From Heterodontus francisci (lineage: Eukaryota), in the NCBI RefSeq assembly GCF_036365525.1, contig NC_090374.1, positions 53,206,532 through 53,270,531 of the forward strand: a stretch of DNA of 64,000 nucleotides, written 5' to 3'. Below the pieces are notes generated by a model. That model made no database searches, had not been told where the DNA came from, and was given only the letters and a program-made list of their open reading frames with translations. Positions 52,700 to 64,000 of the stretch are shown piece by piece. The position numbers and the translations under genes are program-made. The stretch's first letter is position 1. Every line of letters begins with the position of its first letter.

Positions 52700-52753
52700 A
52701 AAACAACTTTCCCAGCATAAGAAAGCAGAAGAGATCAAAGACTTCGACGAAAA

Positions 52754-54139
52754 ATGGAAAAATCCATTTCATTACCAGAAAACTTCGAGCGAGCGGCGGG
52801 GCCCAACCAGGCCAAAGCATGGCCGAGATGCATTTGCAGATTTGACAGGTGCTGTTCCGCATCAGGTTTAACAGTACGATGGGACAAAGAACAGGTCAGT
52901 GTTTTGCTTTACGCCATGGGAGACAAGACTACCCTGGGGTCGACGATCCAGTGAGGTGATTAAAGCGTTAGGAGGTTACTTTCAGATCAAGAAAAATATA
53001 ATCATGGAGCGAGCTAAAATCAACAGGTGCACTCAGAAAATCAGTGAAAGTATCGATTTGTTTATTACTGACCTGTATAGAGTAGTGGAGGATTGCGGCT
53101 ATGAGAGGAACTGATTTGGGACAGAATAGTAGTCAGGGTTATAGATGAAGTGCTGTTAGACCAGCTTCAGTTGAAAGAAGATTTGACTTTGATAAAAACT
53201 ATTTTATTGAGCAGGCAGGCAGAAGTACGAAAGGGTAATCGACTACTAGATCGGGGGAGTCCAGCCTTGGAAATTCTGGAATTAGTCAGGTCCATTGAGA
53301 AAACAGAGAGAAATGGTGCCAGAAAGCTCAAGAGGCGGGAGAGATGCCCACAGGCAGGAACTGAATTGCAAAAGGTGTGGCCGGGAGCAGCACCAGCGGG
53401 AAAATTGCCCAGCCCGGGAAGCTGAATGTTTCTGGTGCAAGGGAAAAGGGCACTTTCAGCATGTCAGTCACAGCAGAAAACCAATGCTGCAGAGTGGAAA
53501 AAAGATAGATAAATAAAGGAGGGTCAAACAATTAATACTCCCTTCTGTTGCAAGTTGTATTATTATTAATAGTGTCTTCATTAGTGTTTCAGGGACGATC
53601 CGGAGAAAGTCTCAGGCTCAAGTAAAGGTTAACTCAGACTGTTTATTATTTACATTATACTATATAGACACTCCTCAAGCCACTTAAGCTAGCATCTGCT
53701 GTGCTGCTCCTACTTCTTCTTCTCCAGCCTATCTCATGTGACTTACAGTGGGGAGGGTCTCTCTCAATGTCTTCTCTATTAACCCTTTACCTCATTATAC
53801 TACACTTTCCTCGAAGTACAGGGGGAAAAAAACAAAGCTTGCTGGGAAGCAGAAATTCTAGTGGGAGGAAATAAAACTATTTTCAAATTAGATACAAGAG
53901 AAGCGGATTCTATCCTATCTGATCAAACACCTTGGCTGAGGAAAGAAAGGCTTAGGAAAATCAACAAAAAAAATTATACAGGCCAGGAGGGATTGAGCTG
54001 AAGGTTCTGGGAGAAATACAGACAACCTTAATACACAGAAACAACACAATCCTGGAAACCCTATATATCGTTAGGAACCAAGCCTGTTTGCTCCTTAGTA
54101 AAATAAAAAGCGTGCCTAGCCTTAAAGATGTTACACAGG
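52754..54139 (+). pseudogene. gag plus aspartic protease, frameshifted
   Basis: AWPR..RF....SGL, QVSVLLYAMG, KKNIIMERAK, twin knuckles CKRCGREQHQRENC / CFWCKGKGHF, protease FKLDT. Confidence 0.88.
53546..53804 (-). mobile_element. Solo LTR inserted antisense between gag and protease
   Basis: TG...CA ends, TSD ccttc/ctttc, AATAAA on -; begins tgtagtataatg on -. Confidence 0.8.
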
Positions 54140-54710
<571 letters not shown>

Positions 54711-54961
54711 GAAAGTTCAAGAGGATCAGGTACCAGAGAAAGCTGATGAACCGGTGGCACAACCAACAACAGATCATCCAGACAATGATGGAAACAGAGA
54801 ACCTGAGTCATCCAATAGCTCCACTCACGCACAGCAAAGTGAGGAAGAAGAACTGAAAGACTCTACCCCAAACAAGCGAAAGAAGAGGAAGCTGTGGCAG
54901 AGTCACAAGAACCTCACAGCGTTACAGGTCTGATGAATGTAGTCAGAAACTTTGGGGGAGA

Positions 54962-55174
54962 TTTAGTATAATGTACATAAACTGTTGCTGGGTAGATTAT
55001 GTATATAGACCTTAAGCATCATCATAGGATGTGATGTCATGAGTCGGTATCTCGTGTTGTTCAGTGCTCATGTAACACCCTAGTAAGAAGGTCCCTGTAA
55101 AAAAACTCCTGTTCCTTTGGTCCAGAGTCTACTTTCCTCATGCAATACTAATAGCACATTGACATGTTGGTACA
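54962..55174 (+). repeat. 3' LTR
   Basis: Follows the PPT; direct repeat of the 5' LTR. Confidence 0.92.
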
Positions 55175-55614
55175 TTTAGCATGCATGTAATCCTGTGTTG
55201 TGCCCCACCCAGCTGGCATCTCATTTTTAGGTAAGCCTGGTACTGTTCCTGACATGCTTCTACACTCCTCATTGAACCAGCGTTGGTCCCCTGACTTCAT
55301 GGTAATAGTAGAGTGAGGGATATGCTGAGCCACAAGGTTACAGATTGTGGTGGAATTCAATTGTGCTACTGCTGATGGTCCACAGCATCTCATGGATGTC
55401 CAGTTTTGTGCTGCTAGATCTGTTCTGAATCTATCCCAATTATTAAATTAAATCAGTAAGGAATATCCCTCCCACCATCGAGCCTTGAAAAGGATTTGTC
55501 TGGAATCTCATTCCTCCCCAACATGAATCACTGTTAAAGATGATTATTTAGTCTCCAAGTATACATATTTAGAAATATGCGTCAATAGCGGACAAGTTGA
55601 TCTTTCTTTTGTAC

Positions 55615-55684
55615 CTGTATCCGGTAAGTTTTGATCCACTTCATCCAGCGATAAACCTGCTTGATCTCCCACAGTACTAACATG
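55615..55684 (-). CDS. ARHGEF28: Internal coding exon (70 nt, phase 0-1) HVSTVGDQAGLSLDEVDQNLPDT
   Basis: Acceptor ttttttcccccattcatttag, donor CAG|gtacaa; phase and weak similarity fit the human exon RVKSLVVQHNEHEDQHSLDL as recalled. Confidence 0.55.
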
Positions 55685-55941
55685 CTAAATGAATGGGGGA
55701 AAAAATTAATTAGTTTTTTCAACTAAGATGGCAGAGCAAATGCCTGAAACCAAAATGCAACTTTCTTTAGGGTTGAAAGAGTCCAAGAAAGTTAATCTCA
55801 TAGCAAAAGGAATCATGAAACTGTGCCACAACAACTTGAGTAACCATTAATAAAGTATTGTGAAATGAAAAGGAGGAAAGAAAATGGAATCTAAATGATC
55901 CTGCACTGAAACTGTGGGACAAGAATGTTGATGCCACGTAT

Positions 55942-56257
55942 CTTTTATCTATTTATTTAGAGATACAGCACTGAAACAGCCCCTTCTGTCCACCGAGTCT
56001 GTGCCGACCAACAACCACCCATTTATACTAACCCTACAGTAATCCCATATTCCCTACCACCTACCTACACTAGGGGCAATTTACAACGGCCAATTTACCT
56101 ATCACCTGCAAGTCTTTGGCTGTGGGAGGAAACTGGAGCACCAGGCGAAAACCCACGCGGTCACAGGGAGAACTTGCAAACTCCACACAGGCAGTACCCA
56201 GAATCGAACCCGGATCCCTGCAGCTGTGAGGCTGCGGTGCTAACCACTGCGCCGCCC
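55942..56257 (-). mobile_element. HE1-like V-SINE
   Basis: Head, V-domain and tail. Confidence 0.9.
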
Positions 56258-57157
56258 TAAGTCGCGTGCTGCAACCCCATACACTTCCATGAGTTGGGGA
56301 TTTTCGCCTTCCCGGCCCAAGGCTCGCCTTATTTCGGCCTGCATGATTTGGTTTCATGTGAGATGTATGTCCAGTAAGGGAAATTATTTTATGCATAGAA
56401 CATCTGATCTCTAAAGGAATTTTATCTATCAGCATTGATATCAAGAGGCTTGGTCAACGTGTATGCTGCAAGTTTCACAATGGGCCTGTTCTTGGGTTTT
56501 TTCTTCCCTTTTTTTGCTCTGTAAATTACAGTTGACAACTCAATACACTATTCAAAAGAAAATTAAGTCCAGGGCTGCACAATAGAGTACTTAAAGAAAT
56601 GCTGGCACCATATCTGTCCTGAATTCTAGTCCTTCAAACCTTGTTCCTATTCTACCTTATAACTGATCTCCAGCTGTAAGTCAAATTGGACTAATTGCTT
56701 ACTTTATTAATTTATGCATTTTAGAATATCAAAGTTTGGTCAGATCTACAAATGCTTCATTACTTTTAGTCAAAGTTTTCAGAACAGTGCATTACATAAT
56801 GCTGTGCAATTCAAAGTACGATAAAATACAGTTTCTAAGTATCCAATGCCACCAGTCTCTGAGGCCAGTTTTAATATGGAACCCTTTTAAAAGCTAATTC
56901 TGATGATTAATTGCCAGTAGCTAAATGAGACACACAAATCAATTATGGGTGTAACTGATAAGGTCTCAAAGAAGCTATTGTAAAGAGCTCACAGTTTTGC
57001 CAATTCATGAAACACAATGATGTGGAGTTGATGCTGCCCTTGGTGTGTTCTATTAAAGGGCTGCAATACTTTAAACAATCTATTCATAATAAGTAACAAA
57101 AAAGTAAACTTTTTCATCTAATGTTAAAATGATACAATAAGCTTCAGACTTTTAAAA

Positions 57158-57327
57158 AAGGCGGGGGCGGGGGTGTGGGGGGGTGTGGGGGCGCCATGAG
57201 GCCTCGCGCTGCCAGCAATATCAGGTTGGGCCTTCCGAGCATTGAGGCCTGTGGCAGACCTCTAACGGAGGCATTTTCCGCCGACCCCCTACCCCCCTCC
57301 ACCCCCCGACGTTGTAAAATTCAGCCC
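57158..57327. mobile_element. Harbinger MITE terminal fragment
   Basis: Ends in aaaattcagccc. Confidence 0.5.
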
Positions 57328-57526
57328 ATCATATCAAAATATAATTTTCATTGCACAAATCCTTAGTTAAGAAAAAACAAGTCATCAAGACTCTTTACCT
57401 TATATAAGAATTATCAGTCAGCATATAAAGATTTTCTTTCTGCTCAACAAATACTCTAGGGTCAGCTCAGAGAAATTAGTTGCAATAGTTAAATCTAATT
57501 AGAGAGAGAGTTAAAGAATCAATTAC

Positions 57527-57600
57527 CTCAACACAGGCCTTCTTGTCTGTATTGCCTGTTGCTGGACCAGATTCACAGGTAAGTGTTTCAGAACAAGATC
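57527..57600 (-). CDS. ARHGEF28: Internal coding exon (74 nt, phase 1-0) SCSETLTCESGPATGNTDKKACVE
   Basis: Acceptor ttttctttttcattag, donor GAG|gtaatt; joins 55615-55684 in frame. Confidence 0.55.
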
Positions 57601-58099
57601 CTAATGAAAAAGAAAAGTGTAGTAACTCTGACAGTGAAATGCTTAGTCATTACCTCCCAGAAGTGAGGTGGTACCATTTCAGTTGAAAGTCCTGCTATAC
57701 TTTCTAATTCTTTTTGCACAATAGCCAATAAATTTGCCCTCATAGTAAATCAAAATCTGTTGCATCTTGTGTAATTAAATAACCTGTGTTCACATCACTA
57801 ACATTTCAGTACCAGATACCAGAGTCAGTTAATTAATCTCCTTATTTAACCTTTCCCTAGAATTAAATAGAAGAGAATCACAGAATTTTGCAGTTCAGAG
57901 ACAAATAGATTTGTCAGTATTTGGTGGAGCTAGCACATAATCACAAAGAAGTATGGTAAATGATTATATGTGCCTTGAATGATCAAATAATTTAGCAATT
58001 TACAAGACCAAACATCCATAATGATAAAAAAAAATTGAACAAAATTATTCTGAGCTAAGGTTAGGCAAGTATTTAACAGCACTTTTTTTTATTTTCCCC

Positions 58100-59000
58100 C
58101 CCATCATGTACTAGAAGTCATGACTTATAGGCACTGACTCCGTCATTCAATAAGAATGTGGCTGATGATATAACTCAACTCCACCCTCCTGCAGTATTCA
58201 TTCCCATATCCCTCAATTCCCTTAGTATCCAAAAATCTGTCAATCTCTGTCAACCACTGAGCATCCACAGCCCTCTGGGTAGAGAAATCCAAAATTTCAC
58301 AATGCTTTGAGTGAAGAAACTTCCCTCATCACAGTCCTAAATGGCTGACCACTTATTTATTTTTTATTTTTTTATTTAGAGACACAGCACTGAAACAGGC
58401 CCTTCGGCCCACCGAGTCTGTGCCGACCATCAACCACCCATTTATACTAATCCTACACTAATTCCATACTCCTACCACCTGTCCCTATATTTCCCTACCA
58501 CCTACCTATACTAGGGGCAATTTATAATGGCCAATTTACCTATCAACCTGCAAGTCTTTGGCAGGGGCATATGTGGGAGGAAACCGGAGCACCCGGAGGA
58601 AACCCATGCAGACACAGGGAGAACTTGCAAACTCCACACAGGCAGTACCCAGAATTGAACCTGGGTCGCTGGAGCTGTGAGGCTGCGGTGCTAACCACTG
58701 CGCCACTATTCTGCGACTGTGACCCCAAGTTCTAGGATCTCCAGCCAGGAGAAACACCCTCCCAGCATCTACCACTTAAGAAGTTTGTATGTTTCAATGA
58801 GATCACCTTTCATTCTTCTAAACTATAGGGAATATAATCCTATTCTACTCAATCTCTCCTTTTCGGACAAGCCCCTCATCCCATTGCGCTCCCTCAAAGG
58901 CAAGTATATCCTTCCTTAGGTACTCCAGGTGTGCTTTCATCAAGGCCCTATATAAATGCAGTAAGACTTCTTTACACTGTGCTCAATCCCTTTGTCTGTT
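58100..59000 (-). mobile_element. CR1 3' fragment interrupted by a SINE
   Basis: GDLIETYK, FFTQS motifs. Confidence 0.8.
58355..58707 (-). mobile_element. HE1-like V-SINE
   Basis: Head, V-domain and A-rich tail. Confidence 0.9.
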
Positions 59001-59899
59001 CAACTTGGTTACAGAACAGACTGTGCATTAACCACCTGAGTTAACAGATTAGCACCTTAAACAACATTGCCTATCCGGATCATGTGTCCATTTAGACTAA
59101 AATGGTACACACTTTGTAACATTACCAGAAACTGGAGGATGCTACGGATTCAGTCTGGCTATTTGTATAGATCTGAATTTATTTTGGCTCCTACATTACT
59201 CCAGTGACTGTACTTCAAAAGTACTTCATTGGCTACAAAGCGCTTTGAGACATCTGGTAGCTGTGAAAAGCACTATATAAATGCAAGTCGTTCTTTCTTT
59301 CTGTTGTAGCTTAAGGCCTGAACTGTTGCTTTTTCATGTTCACTGCATTTCTCCAAAAGCTTAGGCAATTTAAGAATTTTAGTGAGCTCCTAATTTTCCT
59401 TAGCAGTATTAGCAGTTTTAACTCCTCTGTTCTTAAACAGGACCTTTAATCATATGAATTGCCAGTCTGAATAGAAAATTTTGCATTCATCATGCTGTTA
59501 CATGCAAATACATTTATAAGATTTTTCCCCACATGAATTAGATGATCATCTTATAAATTAATTTTAGTTTTAGAATACTAGGTTAATACTAGGACCAGAT
59601 TTTCAAAGCTCCTCAGAAAAATTCATTGCCCAAGTGACGTCCCAAGTAAGTTACAGATTTGGTATAGAATCACAAGTCTGACTTTGTTTTACTGCCATCA
59701 TAACTGGAGTCATCCCATGAATTATTCTCATTTTTGATTCAATAGAAATTATAGAAATGTCACAAGTGCATAATCATCTGAGGAGAATGTGGAAAAAGAG
59801 AGAGGATTAGTTGAAACTAGTCAGAAAGACCTAGAAGCTGGAACCAGAGAACCTACATTTAAAGAAAAATCACCATGTTCCCAAACAGACCCATTAGAT

Positions 59900-60035
59900 G
59901 AGCACTTGAAACACCATAGCATACAAGGCTACGGGCCAAGTGCTGGAAAATGGGATTAGAATAGATAGGTTTGATGGCCAGCGCGGACATGGTGGGCCGA
60001 AGGGCCTGTTTCTGTGCTGTATAACTCTATGACTA
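59900..60035 (+). mobile_element. CR1 extreme 3' end
   Basis: gggccgaagggcctgtttctgtgctgtataactctatgact. Confidence 0.75.
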
Positions 60036-60934
60036 TTAGGTTAAGAACATTAAAAAAAGCATGAAACAAGAAAGGCCATTCATGATCTACTCATTTGGTT
60101 CTCACGGTACGCTCAAAATAATGTTCTATCCAAAATAAAAGAAGAATTATTATTTAATATATGCATTAATTAATGACAATGGGACTTCAAGGAGTTTAAA
60201 TAGATAGTTTCCCTTCACCAGGTCCAAACTTCATCAGGACATTTTGAGCCATAGTTTGAAAAATGGATCCGGGAGGTAGGGGAAATTACTGTTCAAGACA
60301 TTTCTATAAATAACTTTGTTGAGTTGCCAGTGCTACCAAACAAAACCACCCTGGATACTTAATAATTTTACAAGAAAATACAGCAGCCAACATGTAGGAA
60401 ATATATTAGCCCGTTTCACAATATTGCAATTCCATTCCAAAAAAGGGCAAAGATTTTCAGCACACAAAGAATCATTAATAGCCTAGACACTTGAAAATAA
60501 ATCCTTTAGAAAGCAACTTGGTTCACTTTAGAAAAAGGCAGAACTATTGACTTACATCATCATAACACAGAATGAGTACAGTGAGCAGCCAGCCTGCTTG
60601 TTGCTATGGCTACCATTCATCAGGATGTAAGACAATATTGTTTCAATACAATTTACGAACTGGTTCAAAGCGTATCTACTAGAGAATCAACTCACTTCAC
60701 TTCTGTGAACAATGAATGATTTAGATAAATTCAAATAGACCCCTCTTTACACACAGACGTTAAGCACAAAATCTTATGGGAACACTCATGTTCAGTATAG
60801 AGATCCACAAGGTGTATGGAGTACTTTCACATAAAATATTATACATAACATAATCATGGGACTTATAAACAAACATTGTGCCAATCAATCCAATTAAAAA
60901 TCTAAAGCTAGCTAGTATCAGACACACTATTCAA

Positions 60935-61064
60935 CTGTTCTGATGAAAGGTCACAGATCTGAAATATTAACTCTGGTTCTCTCTCCACAGATGCTGCCAG
61001 ACCTGCTGAGCATTTCCAGCATTTTCTGTTTTTAATTCAGATTTCCAGTATTTTGCTTTTATTG
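60935..61064 (+). mobile_element. Penelope-derived hammerhead repeat
   Basis: CTGATGA...GAAA core; TSD cactattcaa (60925-60934, 61065-61074). Confidence 0.78.
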
Positions 61065-61724
61065 CACTATTCAATTGATTGCTTATTACAATGTTTGTAG
61101 TCAATAAAAGAATTAACAGAACCAGGAATTTGCTGTGTAAAGTAATCCAACTAATAATTTAAATCTACCCAGAATCAGTCACACTGTGTAATACTTATTC
61201 AACTACAGAATTTAAGAATTTGTAGATAACAAAATCTGCAGGAAAGGGAATGGGAGGACTTATTTGTCAGTAGACTGCTGTTTAACTTAAAAATTTGGAC
61301 AACATTGGTTTGAATAAGTGACTAACTCAGATAGCTGGCCTTATATTAGTCTCAACTTTGTACTACATTGAACGATGGCCTGGATTTTCCTTTCTCAATA
61401 GCGACCAACGCTGAGAAGCTCGTCACTATCGAGGGACACAACAGCACAGCAACTTCTGGCAACCTCACTTATGCTGAAATCCAGGAGTTGCGGTGCGCCT
61501 CAATGGGCTCCAGATGTAGATGAAAATATCAGCAATAAAATTACAGTTCTTCACGATTCACTGCCATGAATGAAAGAGGGTCACAAAGAAAGTCTGGCTC
61601 CATCGTATCCCCTTTACCCACTCACCCCCATCTCACTCCCTGGCTCCTGTTCCCCCACCACACCCTCCCCCCACCCCCCGAACTCCTAAAACATGAAATT
61701 GAAACCTTTGGTCCAGGCTGATTT

Positions 61725-62060
61725 GAGAACATAAGAAATAGGAACAGGAGTAGGCCATAAAGCCCCTCAAGCCCATTCCGCCATTCAGTAAGACCATAGT
61801 TGATCTGATCCTGGCCTCAAATCTACTTTCCCATCTGTTCCCCAAAACCCTGGACTCCCCATAGTTCAAAAATCTGTCTATATCAGCCTTGAATATTTTT
61901 AAGGACCCACCCTCCATTGCTCCTGGGATAGAGAATTCGGAAGATTCACAACCCTCTGAAAGAAGAAATTCCTCCTCATCTGCGTCTTGAATGACAACCC
62001 CCCTTATTCTGAAAATATGCCGCTAGTTTTTGTCTCCCCCACGAATGGAAACATTCTCTC
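61725..62060 (-). mobile_element. CR1 3' fragment
   Basis: MRRNFFFQRVVNL, IFKADIDRFL. Confidence 0.82.
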
Positions 62061-64000
62061 AGTCAAATGATGCCTTGATGTCAAAAGCAGTCAGTCTCAA
62101 CTCACCTCTGCAGTTCAGCTCTTTTGTCCATGTTTGGACCAAGGCTGTAATAAGGTCAGGAGCTGAGTGGCCCTGGCGGAATCCAAACTGAGCGTCAGTG
62201 AGCAGGTTATTACTGAGCAAGCACTGCTTGATAGCATTGTTGATGACACCTTCTATTACTTAGCTGATGATTCAGGGTCGACTGATACGGTGGTAATTGG
62301 CCAGGTTGTATTTGTCCTGCTTTTTGTGGACAGGACATACCTAGGCAATTTTCCACATTGGCGGGTAGATGCCAATGTTGTAGTTATACTGGAACAGCTT
62401 AGCTAGGGGTGCAGATAGTTCTGGTGCACAGGTCTTCAGTACTATTGCCAGAATGCTGTCAGGGTCCATAGCCTTTGCAGTATCCAGTGCCTTCAGCCGT
62501 TTCTTGATATCACGTGGAGTGAATCAAATTGGCTGAAGACTGGCATCTATGATGCTGGGGACCTCAGGAGCAGGCCGAGATGGATCATCCACTCAGCACT
62601 TCTGGCTGAAGATGGATGCAAATGCTTCAGCCTTGTCTTTTGCACTAATGTGCTAGGTTGCCCAAACATTGAGGATGGGGATATTTGTGGAGACTCCTCC
62701 TCCTCTTAGTTGTTTAATTGTTCACCACCATTCACGGCTGGATGTGGCAAGACTGCAGAGCCTAGATCTGATCCATTGGTTGTGGGATTGCTTAGCCCTG
62801 TCCATCACATGCTACTTATGCAGTCTGGCATGCAGATAGTCCTGTGTTGTAGCTTCACCAGGTTGACACCTCATTTTGAGGTATGCCTGGTGCTGCTCTT
62901 GGCATGCCCTCCTGCACTCTTCATTGAACCAGAGTTGGTCTCCTGCCTTGATGGTAATGGTAGAGTGGGGGATATGCTGGGCCACGAGGTTACAGATTGT
63001 GGTTGAGTACAATTCTGCTGCTGCTGATGGCCCACAGCACCTCATAGATGCCCAGTTTTGCATTACTAGATCAGTTTGAAATCTATCCCATTTAGCACGG
63101 TGGTAGTACCACACAAAAGTCCGAGTGTATCAAGCCTGTGTCCTCAGTACTTTGCTCTATGGCAGTGAGGCCTGGACAACGTATGTCAGCCAAGAGCGAC
63201 GTCTCAATTCATTCCATCTTCGCTGCCTCCGGAGAATACTTGGCATCAGGTGGCAGGACCGTATCTCCAACACAGAAGTCCTCGAGGCGGCCAACATCCC
63301 CAGCTTATACACACTACTGATTCAGCGGCGCTTGAGATGGCTTGGCCATGTGAGCCGCATGGAAGATGGCAGGATCCCAAAGACACATTGTACAGCAAGC
63401 TCGCCACTGGTATCAGACCCACCGGCCGTCCATGTCTCCGCTTTAAAGACGTCTGCAAACGCGACACGAAGTCCTGCGACATTGATCACAAGTCGTGGGA
63501 GTCAGTTGCCAGCGTTCGCCAGAGCTGGCGGGCAGCCATAAAGGCGGGGCTAAAGTGTGGCGAGTCGAAGAGACTTAGCAGTTGGCAGGAAAAAAGACAA
63601 AAGCGCAAGGGGAGAGCCAACTGTGTAACAGCCCCAACAAACAAATTTTTCTGCAGCACCTGTGTAAGAGCCTGTCACTCTAGAATTGGCCTTTATAGCC
63701 ACTCCAGGCGCTGCTCCACACACCACTGACCACCTCCAGGCGCTTACCCCTTGTCTCTCGAGATAAGGAGGCCAAAGAAGTGCCACACAACACAATGGAG
63801 GGTATCCTCAATGTGAAGGCGGGACTTCGTCTCCACAACGACTGTGCGATGGTCACTCCTACCAATACTGTCATGGACAGATGCATCTGAAGTAGGCAGA
63901 TTGGTGAGGACGAGATCAAGTATGTTTTTCGCTCTTGTTGGTTCTCTCACCACCTGCCACATATCCAGTCCTTTAAGACTCGGCCAGCTCGGTCAGTAGT
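62061..64000 (-). mobile_element. CR1-clade family B LINE (endonuclease end to RT start), split by an RTE
   Basis: NILDLVLTN, SDHRTV, WYYHRAKWDRF, DQLWFNEECR. Confidence 0.85.
63116..63779 (+). mobile_element. Young RTE 3' fragment (same family as 26435 and 34012)
   Basis: YQACVLSTLLYGSEAW...HSRRC; TSD gt(a/g)ccacacaa. Confidence 0.93.

Noticed and set aside
55615-57600. Alternative frame DLVLKHL...LWEIKQVYRWMKW (SAM-like look)
   Set aside because: Also open, but the 1-0 / 0-1 phases match the recalled ARHGEF28 structure and the phase-1 alternative exon; not fully excluded.

Overview
Repeat-dense vertebrate DNA, most likely a cartilaginous fish (shark), judged from HE1/V-type SINEs and HER1-like CR1 LINEs. 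The window appears to lie inside a minus-strand Rho-GEF gene, probably ARHGEF28 (RGNEF). That call rests on two small phase-compatible exons at 57527-57600 and 55615-55684, a very long intron, and an alternative start exon at 5689-5848 encoding MDSDSDSPFNYSWPSFPKMRIQRRASKQ. Nearly everything else is nested transposable-element debris: CR1, L2, RTE, PIF/Harbinger and their MITEs, Gypsy, Penelope-derived hammerhead-bearing repeats and SINEs. The standout is a Gypsy (Mag-like) LTR retrotransposon at 52473-55174 with both LTRs, PBS, PPT and TSD. Its RT/RNaseH/integrase core has been replaced by an intronless RBMX (hnRNP G) cDNA fused in frame to gag-protease, i.e. retrovirus-style capture of a host RNA-binding gene. 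All family and gene calls come from recalled motifs and manual reading, not database searches, and repeat boundaries without TSDs are approximate.
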